The notes below the pieces were generated by a model. The model worked only from the letters and a program-made list of their open reading frames with translations. It made no database searches and was not told the DNA's origin. Of a stretch of 64,000 bases of DNA, positions 53,978 to 64,000 are shown in pieces (the first letter of the stretch is position 1; every line of letters begins with the position of its first letter). The translations under genes were made by a program, and so were the position numbers. This DNA comes from an uncultured Nitrospiraceae bacterium (GTDB lineage Bacteria; Nitrospirota; Thermodesulfovibrionia; Thermodesulfovibrionales; Dissulfurispiraceae), in NCBI GenBank assembly GCA_963705105.1, contig CAVPIW010000012.1, positions 96,001-160,000 on the forward strand, written 5' to 3'.

Positions 53978-55251
53978 CAGTACTGTCCGGTTAAAATAAC
54001 GATCCCTGAGCGCTCTGATCCTTCATGGCGAGCAACTTATCGGGCTTGAGCGTCAGAATGTCGATCAGGCTCCTCCGCTCAAAGAGCGTTTCACGGACCA
54101 CACGGCACAACTGCAGCAGAGAACTTCCGTATTTTGTTTGATATTTGATGTAGCTGAGCAGCAGATAATAGCACATGGCTACCCAGACCTGTGTCAGCAC
54201 GGCGTTCTTGCTGGTACCCAGAAACGACTTGATCTTCAGGTTCTGTTTGATCCACTTGAAAAACAACTCTATCTGCCAGCGTGACTTGTAGATCTGGGCG
54301 ATCGTCGTCGCGGCCAGCTTGAAGTTGTTCGTCAGAAACACCAAGGTCTTCTTCCGTTCTGCATCGTAATACCTGATGAGCCGGAGAACCTCTGGATAAA
54401 GTGTCTTGCTCCGGGGGCCCTGCAACATGATCTGTTCGTCGCTCAGCACTGCTTTTGCACTGACCGGATGCTGTCCGACAACGGTACAATCAATGTTGCG
54501 TTTGGCTCTGGTGACAAACCACACCCTCTGTTTCTGCAAGGAATACAACCACGTGTAGTCAATATATGCCTTGTCGATCGAAACGATGCTGTCCGGAGTC
54601 AGCGGGAAATCAGACTCTTTGACCACACGCACATCGTGTTTCTTGCCGTCGGTGACTGTCAGAAATGTCGGGAGTGCTCCCGAATGGTCATACAGACAAT
54701 GCATTTTTATGGCACCCTTGGTCGTTCTGAATTTGGCCCAGGGATACAGAGAAAGGCACAGGTCAACTGTCGTTGCGTCAATCGTATACAGAGGGTTCTT
54801 GAACCGAAAGCGATGCTTCGGCGTCAGGTCACGGCACCGATCCAGCAACCGGTAGAACGTGTCCTCAAAGACCCGATAGTCTCTCTTGGCATTGGCATCA
54901 GCCAGTGTGCTTCGCCGAACACCGGAGAATCCCAAGTGATACCAGCGGGCCGACTGCGCCTGCAGTCCTGTTTCGATGTCGCGCAGGCTATCCTTGCCGG
55001 TTATCTGTGAATATAGCATGGCGGTAAAGTGGCTCCATGCGTTGAACGTCTTCACGTATCGCTCCGCTCCGTGGGCGTCAACTGCTTTGTCAAAACGATA
55101 TCTCGGGACAAGCTTCAATAGTTCCGAAAAGATCGTGTATACTTTGTTCATGGCCTGTTCCTCCTTGCTGGTAAAAGGTTTGGTCGCCTTCTATTATCCA
55201 ACAAGTTGGGGTTTCAGGCCATACCCTCTTAATTTTTACCGGACACTACTG
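53978..55251 (-). mobile_element. IS4-family element copy 2 (transposase 53991-55151)
   Basis: Same protein sequence and IRs as copy 1, inverted. Confidence 0.95.
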
Positions 55252-55273
55252 CACTCCTCCATTTACTTCACGC

Positions 55274-55335
55274 GAATAACGCTCCGGTTCAGCGGCGGCG
55301 CGTCAGTGCCGTCCTTTCCATGCTGTTTGTTACCT
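55274..55335 (-). other. Integron attC site
   Basis: Minus strand AGGTAAC ... GTTATTC. Confidence 0.65.
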
Positions 55336-55350
55336 GGCAACTTTTCTGGT

Positions 55351-56872
55351 CTATTTGACTAACTCGATCTCGCCTGGCCGCCACGTCTTGTCGAACCAAG
55401 GCTGCAGCGGGCCATAGAGCCGCAGCAGCGTATTCCAGCCCTTGCCGGGGACGGTTTGCACCCAGTTGCTTTCCTTGCCCTTCGGCGGCTTCGGCCCGAA
55501 GTAGACATCAACCGAACTGTCCGGATTGACCATCAGTCCTTTGGTCTGGCTGCTGACTGCTGGCCAGTGCTGGTCGGTCTGGAGCATCGAACGAGTCTGG
55601 TTGTCGTAGAGGATCACTGACCAGAAGTTGGCAACCGGGATATTGGGCGGCAAGCGGAGCTTGTAATTCTTGCCTCCATCGAGCGGCTTGCCTTTGGAGT
55701 CGACGAATGCCGCCATATATTGCGACCCTTCGCCTACCATCTTGGAATCCATGGCCGGCGTAACACCGGTCGCATAGAAGAAGAACCCCGCGTATCCATC
55801 CAGATGGCGCGCGCCGTTTTCCTCGAACTTGTAGCCGCCAATGAATCCCATACGCCATGCGCTCTTCGTGTCGGGATAATAGTAGCCCTCGGGCGAGCGC
55901 CAGCGGTACATGACGGCGCGAGCCGTTGCATCGCCCACCAGTGCCGCCTCGGTGAGGATTTTCTTCATCCGCGCATCAGGATTGAAGGGTTTGCCCTTCT
56001 GGATGCCGATGGATGCCCAGAGGCCAAGCGTGGTGGGGTCGACCGACTCCGTCGGCTCCTCCTGAACCACCTGATTGAGATACTCCCAGAATGGATATTC
56101 AGCCGGGCCAACCGAATTGAAATCCCGTCCGGAGACGTTGACGAAATTCAGTTTCGGCGGATTGGCCGCCTGTGACAGCGGGTAGATCTTCGTGAATTGT
56201 TTGACCCGGTCCACACCCGGCTTTGGATCGCCGTTCTCCAGGAAGGTGCGCCAGGCAATCCAGTTGCTGTACGTCGCCGACCGCACCACGAAGTAACCCT
56301 GCGGAACATCGCCCTTGTAGCCGGGCGGGAGGATCAGGTATTTGCCGCCCTCTCCCTTGTCCGGCCCCACCATGCCGATATCGGTGACGAAAGTGATACC
56401 ACATGTCGTCGAGCAACCCGAGCACCTTGGGTGGAACCTCGACGACCAGCGGACCATTTTTCAAGTCCAGCCAGAACCAGGTGTACGGCGTATTGTTGTT
56501 CGGGGTCAGGAAGAGCGAGCGGGCATTCATCATCGTCTCGAAGATCGGCACGGTGGTGTTGGCCGGCCCCACTTCGAGGATGCCTTTGCGGTTCGCCAGT
56601 TGGTTCACCGGCGCCAGACCGAGCATGTAGCCCTGCACGGCACGCTGGAAATCGAGATTGTCGTAGAGCTTTTCGACTGAGGCATCGTCAGGAAAACCGT
56701 CGAAGAACTTCAGCGTGCCCAAACGGGTGTTCAATTTGTCCGGCATCGCGATCCCAGCCGGGATTTCAGTCGTCATCTTCATCTTTGGCGGGGTTTTCGC
56801 CTGCGCGGTGCCGGTAGCCAGCACGCAAACGAATACACCGGCGAATACTGCCATCATGTGTTTAACGTTCAT
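55351..56872 (-). CDS. DUF1254/DUF1214 exported protein (frameshift near 56400)
   Basis: Signal peptide, LFLTPNNNTPY, GPDKGEGGKYL, FWSVILYD, LRLYGP. Confidence 0.85.
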
Positions 56873-57011
56873 TCCTGTTTCCTGTTTGAAGCTTGGTGGG
56901 TGGACAATTACGTTGTGCCAAGTTTCCGCAATAGTAAACCGCGCCGCCACAGACCATGGCGGAAAATCGATCAACGTTATCCGGCGTCGGTCTTGACGCA
57001 GTTGTTATGGA

Positions 57012-57198
57012 TCATTTGATTTGTTCTATCCCAGGTCTTGCAAATCTTTCTGGCGAGATCATTGTCGATTTCGGTATGTCTCGGAATTGATGATCGTTTG
57101 TTTTCAGCGGGATTCCACCACCACGAATGACGGCTGCCTTCTCTGATGAATTCACAGCCGCATGACCGCAGATATTTCAGCAGGTCACTGCGTTTCAT
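57012..57198 (-). CDS. hicA: HicA toxin (frameshift near 3' end)
   Basis: REGSRHSWWWNP..IPRHTEI; followed by attC-like CCATAAC at 57004-57010. Confidence 0.82.
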
Positions 57199-57407
57199 AC
57201 TGCTATTTTTTCTTCGGTATATCCCGGACCGACGGCAGCGATAGCCTCCAGTCGGTTAATTTCGAGTGCTTCTTTTAAGGTCTCTCTCAGAGTTTCAATT
57301 AATTCCTGTCGTGTTTTTTCCTGACAGTTTACTCCGGGAATTTCCTCAATCCAACCGATCCACCATTCTCCTGCCTGCTTTATTATCGCCGTAAATTCCG
57401 TATTCAT
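57195..57407 (-). CDS. hicB: HicB antitoxin
   Basis: WWIGWIEEIPGVNCQEKT..L.EAL. Confidence 0.85.
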   Translation of the reverse strand: MNTEFTAIIKQAGEWWIGWIEEIPGVNCQEKTRQELIETLRETLKEALEINRLEAIAAVGPGYTEEKIAV

Positions 57408-57470
57408 ATCCTTACCTCCGTTATAATCAAATTATAACGTAACGACTGAGCATATTAGTATTCATTCATG

Positions 57471-57534
57471 CCATAACGCTCAGCATCAGCCGCGCGGGCG
57501 GCAGCCCGCGTCGGCCTGCATGCTGTGGTTCGGT
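57471..57534 (-). other. Integron attC site
   Basis: Minus strand ACCGAAC-CACAGCATGCAGGCCGACGCGGGC..GCCCGCGCGGCTGATGCTGAGC-GTTATGG. Confidence 0.85.
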
Positions 57535-57543
57535 GCCCTTATA

Positions 57544-60500
57544 TCAGTCTTTCATCTGTTTTTTTGCCGTTTTAATGAATTTTCCGAAAGCCTTATCCTT
57601 CTTCCGTTTGTCAAGGTATGACATCTCATAGAACTCGGATTCCTTCTTGAGCTTGATATAGCTGGAATAGCGACCTTCACTCAATTCGCCACGTTCGACC
57701 GCGGCTCGGACAGCACAGCCGGGCTCATGCTCATGGCTGCAATTCGCATATCGACAATGTGGGGAACGTGCGACAAATTCTTCGAAACCCACGTTGACCC
57801 CATCGCCGGCACCAACTATGCCCAACTCTCGCATACCAGGCGTATCGATCAACATCGCACCTGGGCTCAGAACAAATCGACTGCCGGCGGGAAGTGGTTG
57901 TCCAGTTGCTTTTCCCGTGCCACTAACGGCTTTTTTCTGACAGGAGTTTAAGGGATAAATCCTTCTTTTGAGACTAACCAGTTGATATTCTTGTCAATTT
58001 CGCTATCCTCATCGTAAGACCCCACACTATCCACTGAAATGTCCAATAATCAGGCTGCAACACTCATTTTATGCTTGACATGTAAGACCCTACTGAGTAT
58101 AATTTCACTATGGCTCACTTCCATGTTAAGACGAAGAAGGGAAGACCCTACCTCTACATCCGAGAGATAGCCAGGGTTGAAGGCAAACCCAAGGTGGTTT
58201 CTCAGGTCTATGTCGGCTCCCCGGAGCGGGTAGCCAGTCTTGTGACGGGCTTGGGGGACGCAGCGGTGAAGCTCAAGGTGCAAGAGTTCGGAGCCTTGTG
58301 GCTGGCCAGCCAGATTGATCGGGATGTGGATCTTGCGGGCATTGTCGATGAGGTGGTCCCCCGAGCTGATCGTGAGCAAGGGCCGTCGGTGGGGGAGTAT
58401 TTTCTGTATTGCATCTGGAACCGTATGTGCGAGGCCACCAGTAAGAACAGGCTGTCTCAATGGTATGAGCGGACGGCAGTACAGCAGATTCGCCCCGTTG
58501 ATCTGGGAGAGCTCACAAGCCAGAGGTATTGGGAGAAGTGGGACAGGGTGACTGAAGACGGTCTCGTTCAGATATCCAGGAGGTTCTTTAAACGGATTTG
58601 GGCTCTTGAGGCTCCCGATGCCGATTGTCTCCTGTTTGACACGACGAACTACTATACCTTCATGGCGAGCGATACGCCCTCTGACCTTGCTAAAAGAGGC
58701 AAGAACAAGGAAGGGCGGCATAACCTGCGGCAGGTCGGCCTGGGGCTTTTAGTGACGCGCGGCTCTCGGCTGCCTTTGTACTACTGCGTCTATCCGGGCA
58801 ATCTCCATGACAGCCGCCAGTTTGCTGCGGTGATGGATGAGATGTTCGGTGTTGTCTGCGGTTTTGATACGACCAAAGAGCGACTGACCGTGGTGATCGA
58901 CAAGGGGATGAACTCCGAAGGCAACTTTGCATGGATCGATGAGCATTCCCGGATTCACTTCGTTACGACCTATTCGACGTACTTCGCCCAGGACTTGGCC
59001 TCTATGCATTTGGATGAGTTCGAGCCGGCTGATACCAAGAAAAACCGTCTATTAACGGAGGGATAGGAAGACGACCAAATCCTCGTCTATCGTACGAAAG
59101 GGGAGTACTGGGGCAAGGAGCGGGCAGTGGTTGTGACGTATAATCCCGTTACCGAGCGGAAACAGACCTACACGTTTGACAGCAAACTGGAAGACATCAG
59201 GCAAGAGCTTCTTGCCATGCGGTCACGGGTTCGGGACAGGGCGCCTCATTGGCGCGATCCCGAGATGATCAAAGAGAGATACCTGAGGATCTGCGAGCAT
59301 CTCCACGTCCCAAGCGATCTGTACGATATCGAGTTGTCACAGAGGGGCGGCACGTTATCCATGAGCTTCCGCAGGAATGTGGTCCGTGTCCAGAGGAAAC
59401 GGGCTATGTTCGGCAAGAACATCATCATCACCGATAATGTGGATTGGACGACTTCGGAGATAGTGGAGGCCAGTCTCGACCGGTGGCAGGTTGAAAACCG
59501 GTTCCGGCTCAGCAAGGATGATGAGTGTGTCGCCATGCGTCCTCTTCGTCACTGGACGGACAGCAAGATACGATGTCACCTCCTTGCCTGTGTGGTTGCG
59601 ATGACATATCTGCGGCGTATTGAACTCAAACTGAAGGCAGCCGGCGTCGATCGCACCGCGGAAGACGTGATGGAAGATATGCGCCATCTGCATTCCGTGT
59701 TGATATTGAGAGACGGCGCAAGGAAGGCTGAGCGCCGTCTTGAGATCCCAACGAAGACCCAAGCCGAAGTCCTATCGGCCTTCGGCGTCTCCATAGACGC
59801 CGGTGGGGTCTTACGTCCCTCATCCCGGTAAACCCTTGTCGTTATTGACTCAAAAAGGATTATTGGTGCTTATCTCTTAAACTCCTGTTTGAAAGGCTTC
59901 CCGGCCAATGAGGCGGTTGATAAGAGTAGTCTTCCCAACACCCGATGAACCAAGAAGACAGTATGTCCTACCAGGGGAGAGTGTCTGTTGAAACTCATCG
60001 AATCCGATACCGGTGATGTTGCTCAGCGCGAGCACTCTCACTTTGGCAACATAGCCTATGATTGAAAGCTTCTGATCCAATTCGTCCCCGGATATCAGAT
60101 CCGTTTTCGTAATAATGACGATAGGTTCAACATGTCCGTCTGCCACCATAACCAGGTAACGATCCAAGCGATGTGGATTAAAGTCGATATGGCATGACTG
60201 AACAATAAAGGCGGTATCTATGTTGGCTGCAATCATCTGATAGTCGATGTTTTCACCCGCGGACTTGCGGCGTAAGAACGTCTTTCGCGGAAACACCCTG
60301 TGGATAATGGCTGCCGTGTCATCGTTGTAATAGTATGCTGTCACCCAATCACCAACACAGGGTAGATCCATGGACCTTTCAATCTGATAAGAAAGTTTAC
60401 CTGTCAGTTCGGCCGGAACTTCCCCAGATTCGTTCTGTATAAGATACGAACTGCGGTCAACTGCGGATATGCGGGCAAAGCTGCAACCCTCCTGGTGGAA

Positions 60501-60554
60501 CGCAGTGGCATGATCTTCAAACCATTGGTCAAAACCCAGACTTCTTATTTCCAT
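57544..60554 (-). pseudogene. rsgA: Ribosome small subunit GTPase RsgA interrupted by IS1634
   Basis: VGDWV, AANID, TKTDL, GSSGVGKT (59890-60554); IDTPGMREL, C...C.H.HEPGC (57544-57940). Confidence 0.9.
57941..59887 (+). mobile_element. IS1634-family element; transposase 58110-59831 with internal TAG (59064-59066)
   Basis: IRs CAGGAGTTTAAG / CTTAAACTCCTG; FDTTN, DKGMN, RWQVENRFR; both ORF halves in frame. Confidence 0.9.
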
Positions 60555-60565
60555 ATCGTTGTATC

Positions 60566-60626
60566 ACCGAACGCTGCGCATAACCGGTGCCGCGGAGCGG
60601 CATCCGCGTGCATGCGCTTGTTCGGC
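60566..60626 (-). other. Integron attC site
   Basis: Minus strand GCCGAAC-AAGCGCATGCACGCGGATGCCGC..GCGGCACCGGTTATGCGCAGC-GTTCGGT. Confidence 0.85.
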
Positions 60627-60653
60627 ACCTCCTGCTCGATGAGGTGTCCCGTC

Positions 60654-61129
60654 TCAACCTTTCTCCATTGCTTTTGCCTTCGCTCCGGCAGTCCAGATCC
60701 GATAACGCACCTCAACGCCTTCGGGTACATAGACCACGATGGGCAAACGGCTGTTGTATCGGATGAGATAGGGATCACCGCCAAGCGTGATAAACCGGGC
60801 CACTTTCGGCGCGTTTGGATCGATTGCCATAAGCGTGCTGCCATCGGCCCAAGCTTGCTGACAATGTAACGTGGGAATCCCCACCCCTGGATGGTTTCTT
60901 CCTCGATTGTCCCGCCGAAGAAGTAATTGTTCTTCTCGTCAACGTGAACTGTCTTTCCGACGATCAGCTCCACTTTGAAAGCGGATTCGTCATCTTGTGT
61001 CGGAAGTTGCAAGACATATCGAACCTTGCCCTGATCCGCTGGGGGAAACGCCTTCATGTTGTCCTTCGCGTAGGCAGGCAACATTGAAGAGAGTAGCAAG
61101 ACTGCAATCAATGAACACATCTTTTTCAT
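60654..61129 (-). CDS. eco: Ecotin family serine protease inhibitor (frameshift near 60840)
   Basis: KAFPPA, KVELIVGK, IQGWGF, STLMA, RYNSRLPIVVYVPEGVEVRYRIW. Confidence 0.88.
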
Positions 61130-61168
61130 GTTATCTCCTCATGCCGAACAATTATTGTGCTTTTATTT

Positions 61169-61663
61169 TTATTTCAATATCTTAGCAATTTCGATATGAA
61201 ATCGTTTTTGTTGACCGCTTGACGGGAATGGAACTACAATTCCTTCGTTTAAAACGCGAAATCCCTTTAATTTAAGTTTATCTTCAAGCAACCGGCAAAT
61301 ATTAGCTTTAATCAAAAATAACTGGGATTCTTTTCCGTTAATGTTCTCAAGATCATCAATTAGATTTCTAAAGTCTGAAAGGATTGTAGCCTCTCGTTCT
61401 TTGTTCTTCATTTTATTGACCGGTTTGTAAGTTGAATCAACCAAGATAAACCCTTGATTCTTAAAATATTCAAGACCATCATTTTTATCGACAGGTTTAT
61501 AATGAAGAGCCTTCATCATCTCATTGTACAAAGGCTCAGTCGTTGATCCCGTTTCATCATAAAAATATTTGCCAGATGCAGGAGGTGATTCTAAAATGAA
61601 AATAATCCTCAAGATTTCAGGCAAATATTTGTTTCTTAATTTCAGATAATATTCTTTATCCAT
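61169..61663 (-). CDS. Hypothetical cassette protein (possible UDG-like fold)
   Basis: AT-rich 164-aa ORF, FILESPP.SGKYFY, PFPSSGQ. Confidence 0.65.
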   Translation of the reverse strand: MDKEYYLKLRNKYLPEILRIIFILESPPASGKYFYDETGSTTEPLYNEMMKALHYKPVDKNDGLEYFKNQGFILVDSTYKPVNKMKNKEREATILSDFRNLIDDLENINGKESQLFLIKANICRLLEDKLKLKGFRVLNEGIVVPFPSSGQQKRFHIEIAKILK

Positions 61664-61683
61664 TGCTTATCCCGGCATCTGAA

Positions 61684-61773
61684 GCACAACGCCATGCCTC
61701 ACCCGCGCATGGACAGACAAAAGCCGAAACCAAAAACGCCTATTATGCGTCGGTGTGGAGGCAATTGTTCTGA
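61684..61773 (-). other. Integron attC site
   Basis: Minus strand TCAGAAC-AATTGCCTCCACACCGACGCAT...ATGCGCGGGTGAGGCATGGC-GTTGTGC. Confidence 0.82.
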
Positions 61774-61779
61774 GGTCTT

Positions 61780-62295
61780 TCATTTTATTTGTATTGTTCT
61801 CTTCTGCTCCCTTGGATACCATTCTGCATCCGGACCCTCAAGCCGCAGGCTGAGAGAAATAATAAGACCGCCATGCTTCGGTTTTGTAATTTTATAATCA
61901 TAATACCAGCGTGACATTGGTCCGGCACCTTCGGAAATAGGAATGCGGGCGTGTTCGATTAAGTTTTTATTGATTTTATAAACGGAAAGATATTCAGAGG
62001 TGGCATTTGTTCCTCGGCCCTGACCAAATTTCAGCGTAAGATAATTTTCTCCGTGAGTATCCTTTATAATCTTTGCGTCGGCTTTTCCGTAGCTTGAACA
62101 AAATTCATCAGTTATTTCTTCTTTATTAATTTTGATTTTGAGAATAAGTCTGTCCTCTGAAAAGCCGCCACACTCTTTTGTTTCTGGGTTGAGATCTGAC
62201 CATTTCTGTAATATTGTGACCTGGGGTTCCGCAGAAAATGCAAGACCGGCGAGGGCTATAGATAGAGCCGTTATTATGCCTGTTATCTTTATCAT
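61780..62295 (-). CDS. Hypothetical secreted cassette protein
   Basis: Signal peptide ending AFS/A; bounded by GTTATAA core at 62301-62307 and attC at 61773. Confidence 0.7.
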   Translation of the reverse strand: MIKITGIITALSIALAGLAFSAEPQVTILQKWSDLNPETKECGGFSEDRLILKIKINKEEITDEFCSSYGKADAKIIKDTHGENYLTLKFGQGRGTNATSEYLSVYKINKNLIEHARIPISEGAGPMSRWYYDYKITKPKHGGLIISLSLRLEGPDAEWYPREQKRTIQIK

Positions 62296-62517
62296 TTTAC
62301 TTATAACGAAAAGGTCACCTGCTGGCGAAAGGTTGGTTATTTGGATTGAAAAAGAAATAATGTTAGAACAACTTTTATAAATATGAAAGTGTAGCTAACT
62401 AAATATAATTTATTATTTTTGTTTGTTATTGATATAGATTTGAAGGAGAATAAATTATTTTTTTTGATTATTGAAATTTTGGTTATTAGAAAAAGAATAA
62501 ATTAAGGAAATAAAGGA

Positions 62518-63942
62518 TGGCGGTGGACCCCAAAAACTGGACAGTGTGCTAAGCTCTGATTCAGACCACTCATGGAGGATCTGAGATGAGCAAGAAACGA
62601 AAGCAACACAGTTCCCAATTCAAGGCGAAGGTCGCGCTGGCCGCATTACAGAACGAAGAGACCACCGCTCAACTGGCCAGTCGCTTCGACATCCACCCGA
62701 CAATGATCTCCACCTGGAAGCGGCAGCTGCTCGACAGCGCCGCTGAGCTTTTCGACAAGAACCACAAGTCCCGCAAGCAGGTCGAGGGCCAGTTCGATGA
62801 GCTCTACCGGCAGATTGGCCGGCTCAAGGTAGAAAACGATTTTTTAGCACGAAAGCTCGGCTCTTGAGCAGCCCGCAGCGAAAGCAGATGATCGAACCTG
62901 AACTTCGCGAGCCGAGCATCTCCCGCCAATGCCAGTTGCTGGGATTGAGCCGGTCCTCGTTCTACTATGAGCCGTGCCCGGTTAATCCCGAGGACCTGGA
63001 CCTCATGCGCCTGATCGACGAGCAGTACCTGAAGACCCCGACCTACGGCAGCCGGTCGATGGCGCGGCATTTCCGCCGACAGGGCCGTAAGGTCAACCGC
63101 AAACGCATCCAGCGGCTGATGCGACTGATGGGCATCGAGGCGATCTACCCCAAGCCGCACACCATCCGGCCCCATCCGGAGCACATAATTGTTTGTGTTA
63201 TTAAAATGATGTTGTATTAGATTCGATTCAATCCCATTATGATACGTATCAATCGACAGAGAGGGGCGGTTTTCCCCCAGATCGATTCCCTCCGGTGCCC
63301 TTCGGCGGATATCTCTTAATGCACGCCCATAATTTATCCCTATCTGCTCAGAGACCTGAGGATCGATCATGCCAACCAGGTGTGGGCTACCGATATCACC
63401 TACGTTCCCATGGCACGTGGCTTTATGTACCTAGTGGCGGTCATGGACTGGCACAGCCGCAAAATCCTGTCCTGGCGTCTTTCCAATACCCTGGACTCGG
63501 ACTTCTGCAATCAGGCCCTCCAGGAAGCCCTGAGCCGCTATGGGGCGCCGGAGATTTTCAACACGGATCAAGGAGCACAGTTTACCAGCAAAGGTTTCAC
63601 TCAAATCCTCAAGGACCACGGAGTCGCCATCAGTATGGACGGCCGCGGTAGGTGCCAGGACAACATCTTTGTTGAACGGCTATGGTGGACCATCAAACAT
63701 CACTACCTTTACCTGCATTCGTTCGGCGGCGGCTCCGAGCTGCGTCAGGGGTTAAACGACTGGATACGCTTTTACAACGAACAGCGCGGGCACTCTTCTC
63801 TTGACGACCGTACCCCGGATGAGGTTTACTATGGACTGCCTCACCCATTCGCCGAGGCTGCCTGATGCTTCATACAGAATTTAACAATGAACTCAGAGCT
63901 TATCCCACCCATCAGGCTGTCCAAACAATAGGGTCCACCGCC
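62518..63942 (+). mobile_element. IS3-family element (orfA 62586-62867; orfB to 63865, interrupted)
   Basis: IRs GGCGGTGGACCC..TGGACAG / CTGTCCA..GGGTCCACCGCC; WATDITY, NTDQGAQF, DNIFVERLW; TTTTTTA slippery site. Confidence 0.92.
63191..63327. mobile_element. 137-bp MITE-like insert in IS3 orfB
   Basis: Flanked by direct repeat CATAATT (63184-63190, 63328-63334); removal restores HPEHIIYPYLL. Confidence 0.7.
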
Positions 63943-64000
63943 GGCGGCGGAGCCAAATATAATTCTTTTACTAAAAAAAAAAAAAAATTCAAAAAACCCC

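Noticed and set aside
59064..59066. In-frame TAG in IS1634 transposase as pyrrolysine/readthrough
   Set aside because: Non-catalytic position in a mobile element and no pyl context; nonsense mutation or base error is simpler
62340..62517. AT-rich, C-poor tract as attI/Pc or an origin
   Set aside because: No recognisable attI structure, DnaA boxes or adjacent intI; may be a truncated AT-rich cassette or low-quality sequence
63943..64000. Poly-A tract at the window end
   Set aside because: Low complexity, likely contig-end noise

Overview
GC-rich bacterial chromosomal segment (protein style suggests an anaerobic Nitrospirota/Desulfobacterota-like organism; inference only). Core blocks: rng-larE-(Fe-S)-YkgJ-tal; dtd-MidA-nadA-lytic transglycosylase; a class III PHA cluster (two phasin-like genes, phaE, phaC, phaB, phaA, two GNATs); nfeD followed by a cerR-spt-bcerS-like ceramide operon; fabF, rodZ, rnr, sixA. 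Two genes split by the ORF caller are probably selenoproteins with an in-frame TGA plus SECIS-like hairpin: a rhodanese lipoprotein and a ~640-aa multiheme cytochrome c. Accessory DNA includes two integron cassette clusters without an integrase in the window (about 6.2-8.7 kb and 45.5-62.3 kb), about nine TA or TA-like pairs, and IS481-like, IS1634 (x2), IS21, IS256, IS4 (x2) and IS3 elements. The two IS4 copies have swapped target duplications, indicating a 3.5-kb inversion inside the large array. Within that segment two group IIC-attC intron halves flank a TA cassette in permuted order (3' half, cassette, 5' half). A modular palindromic repeat family fills many intergenic regions. Many single-base frameshifts suggest residual sequencing indels.
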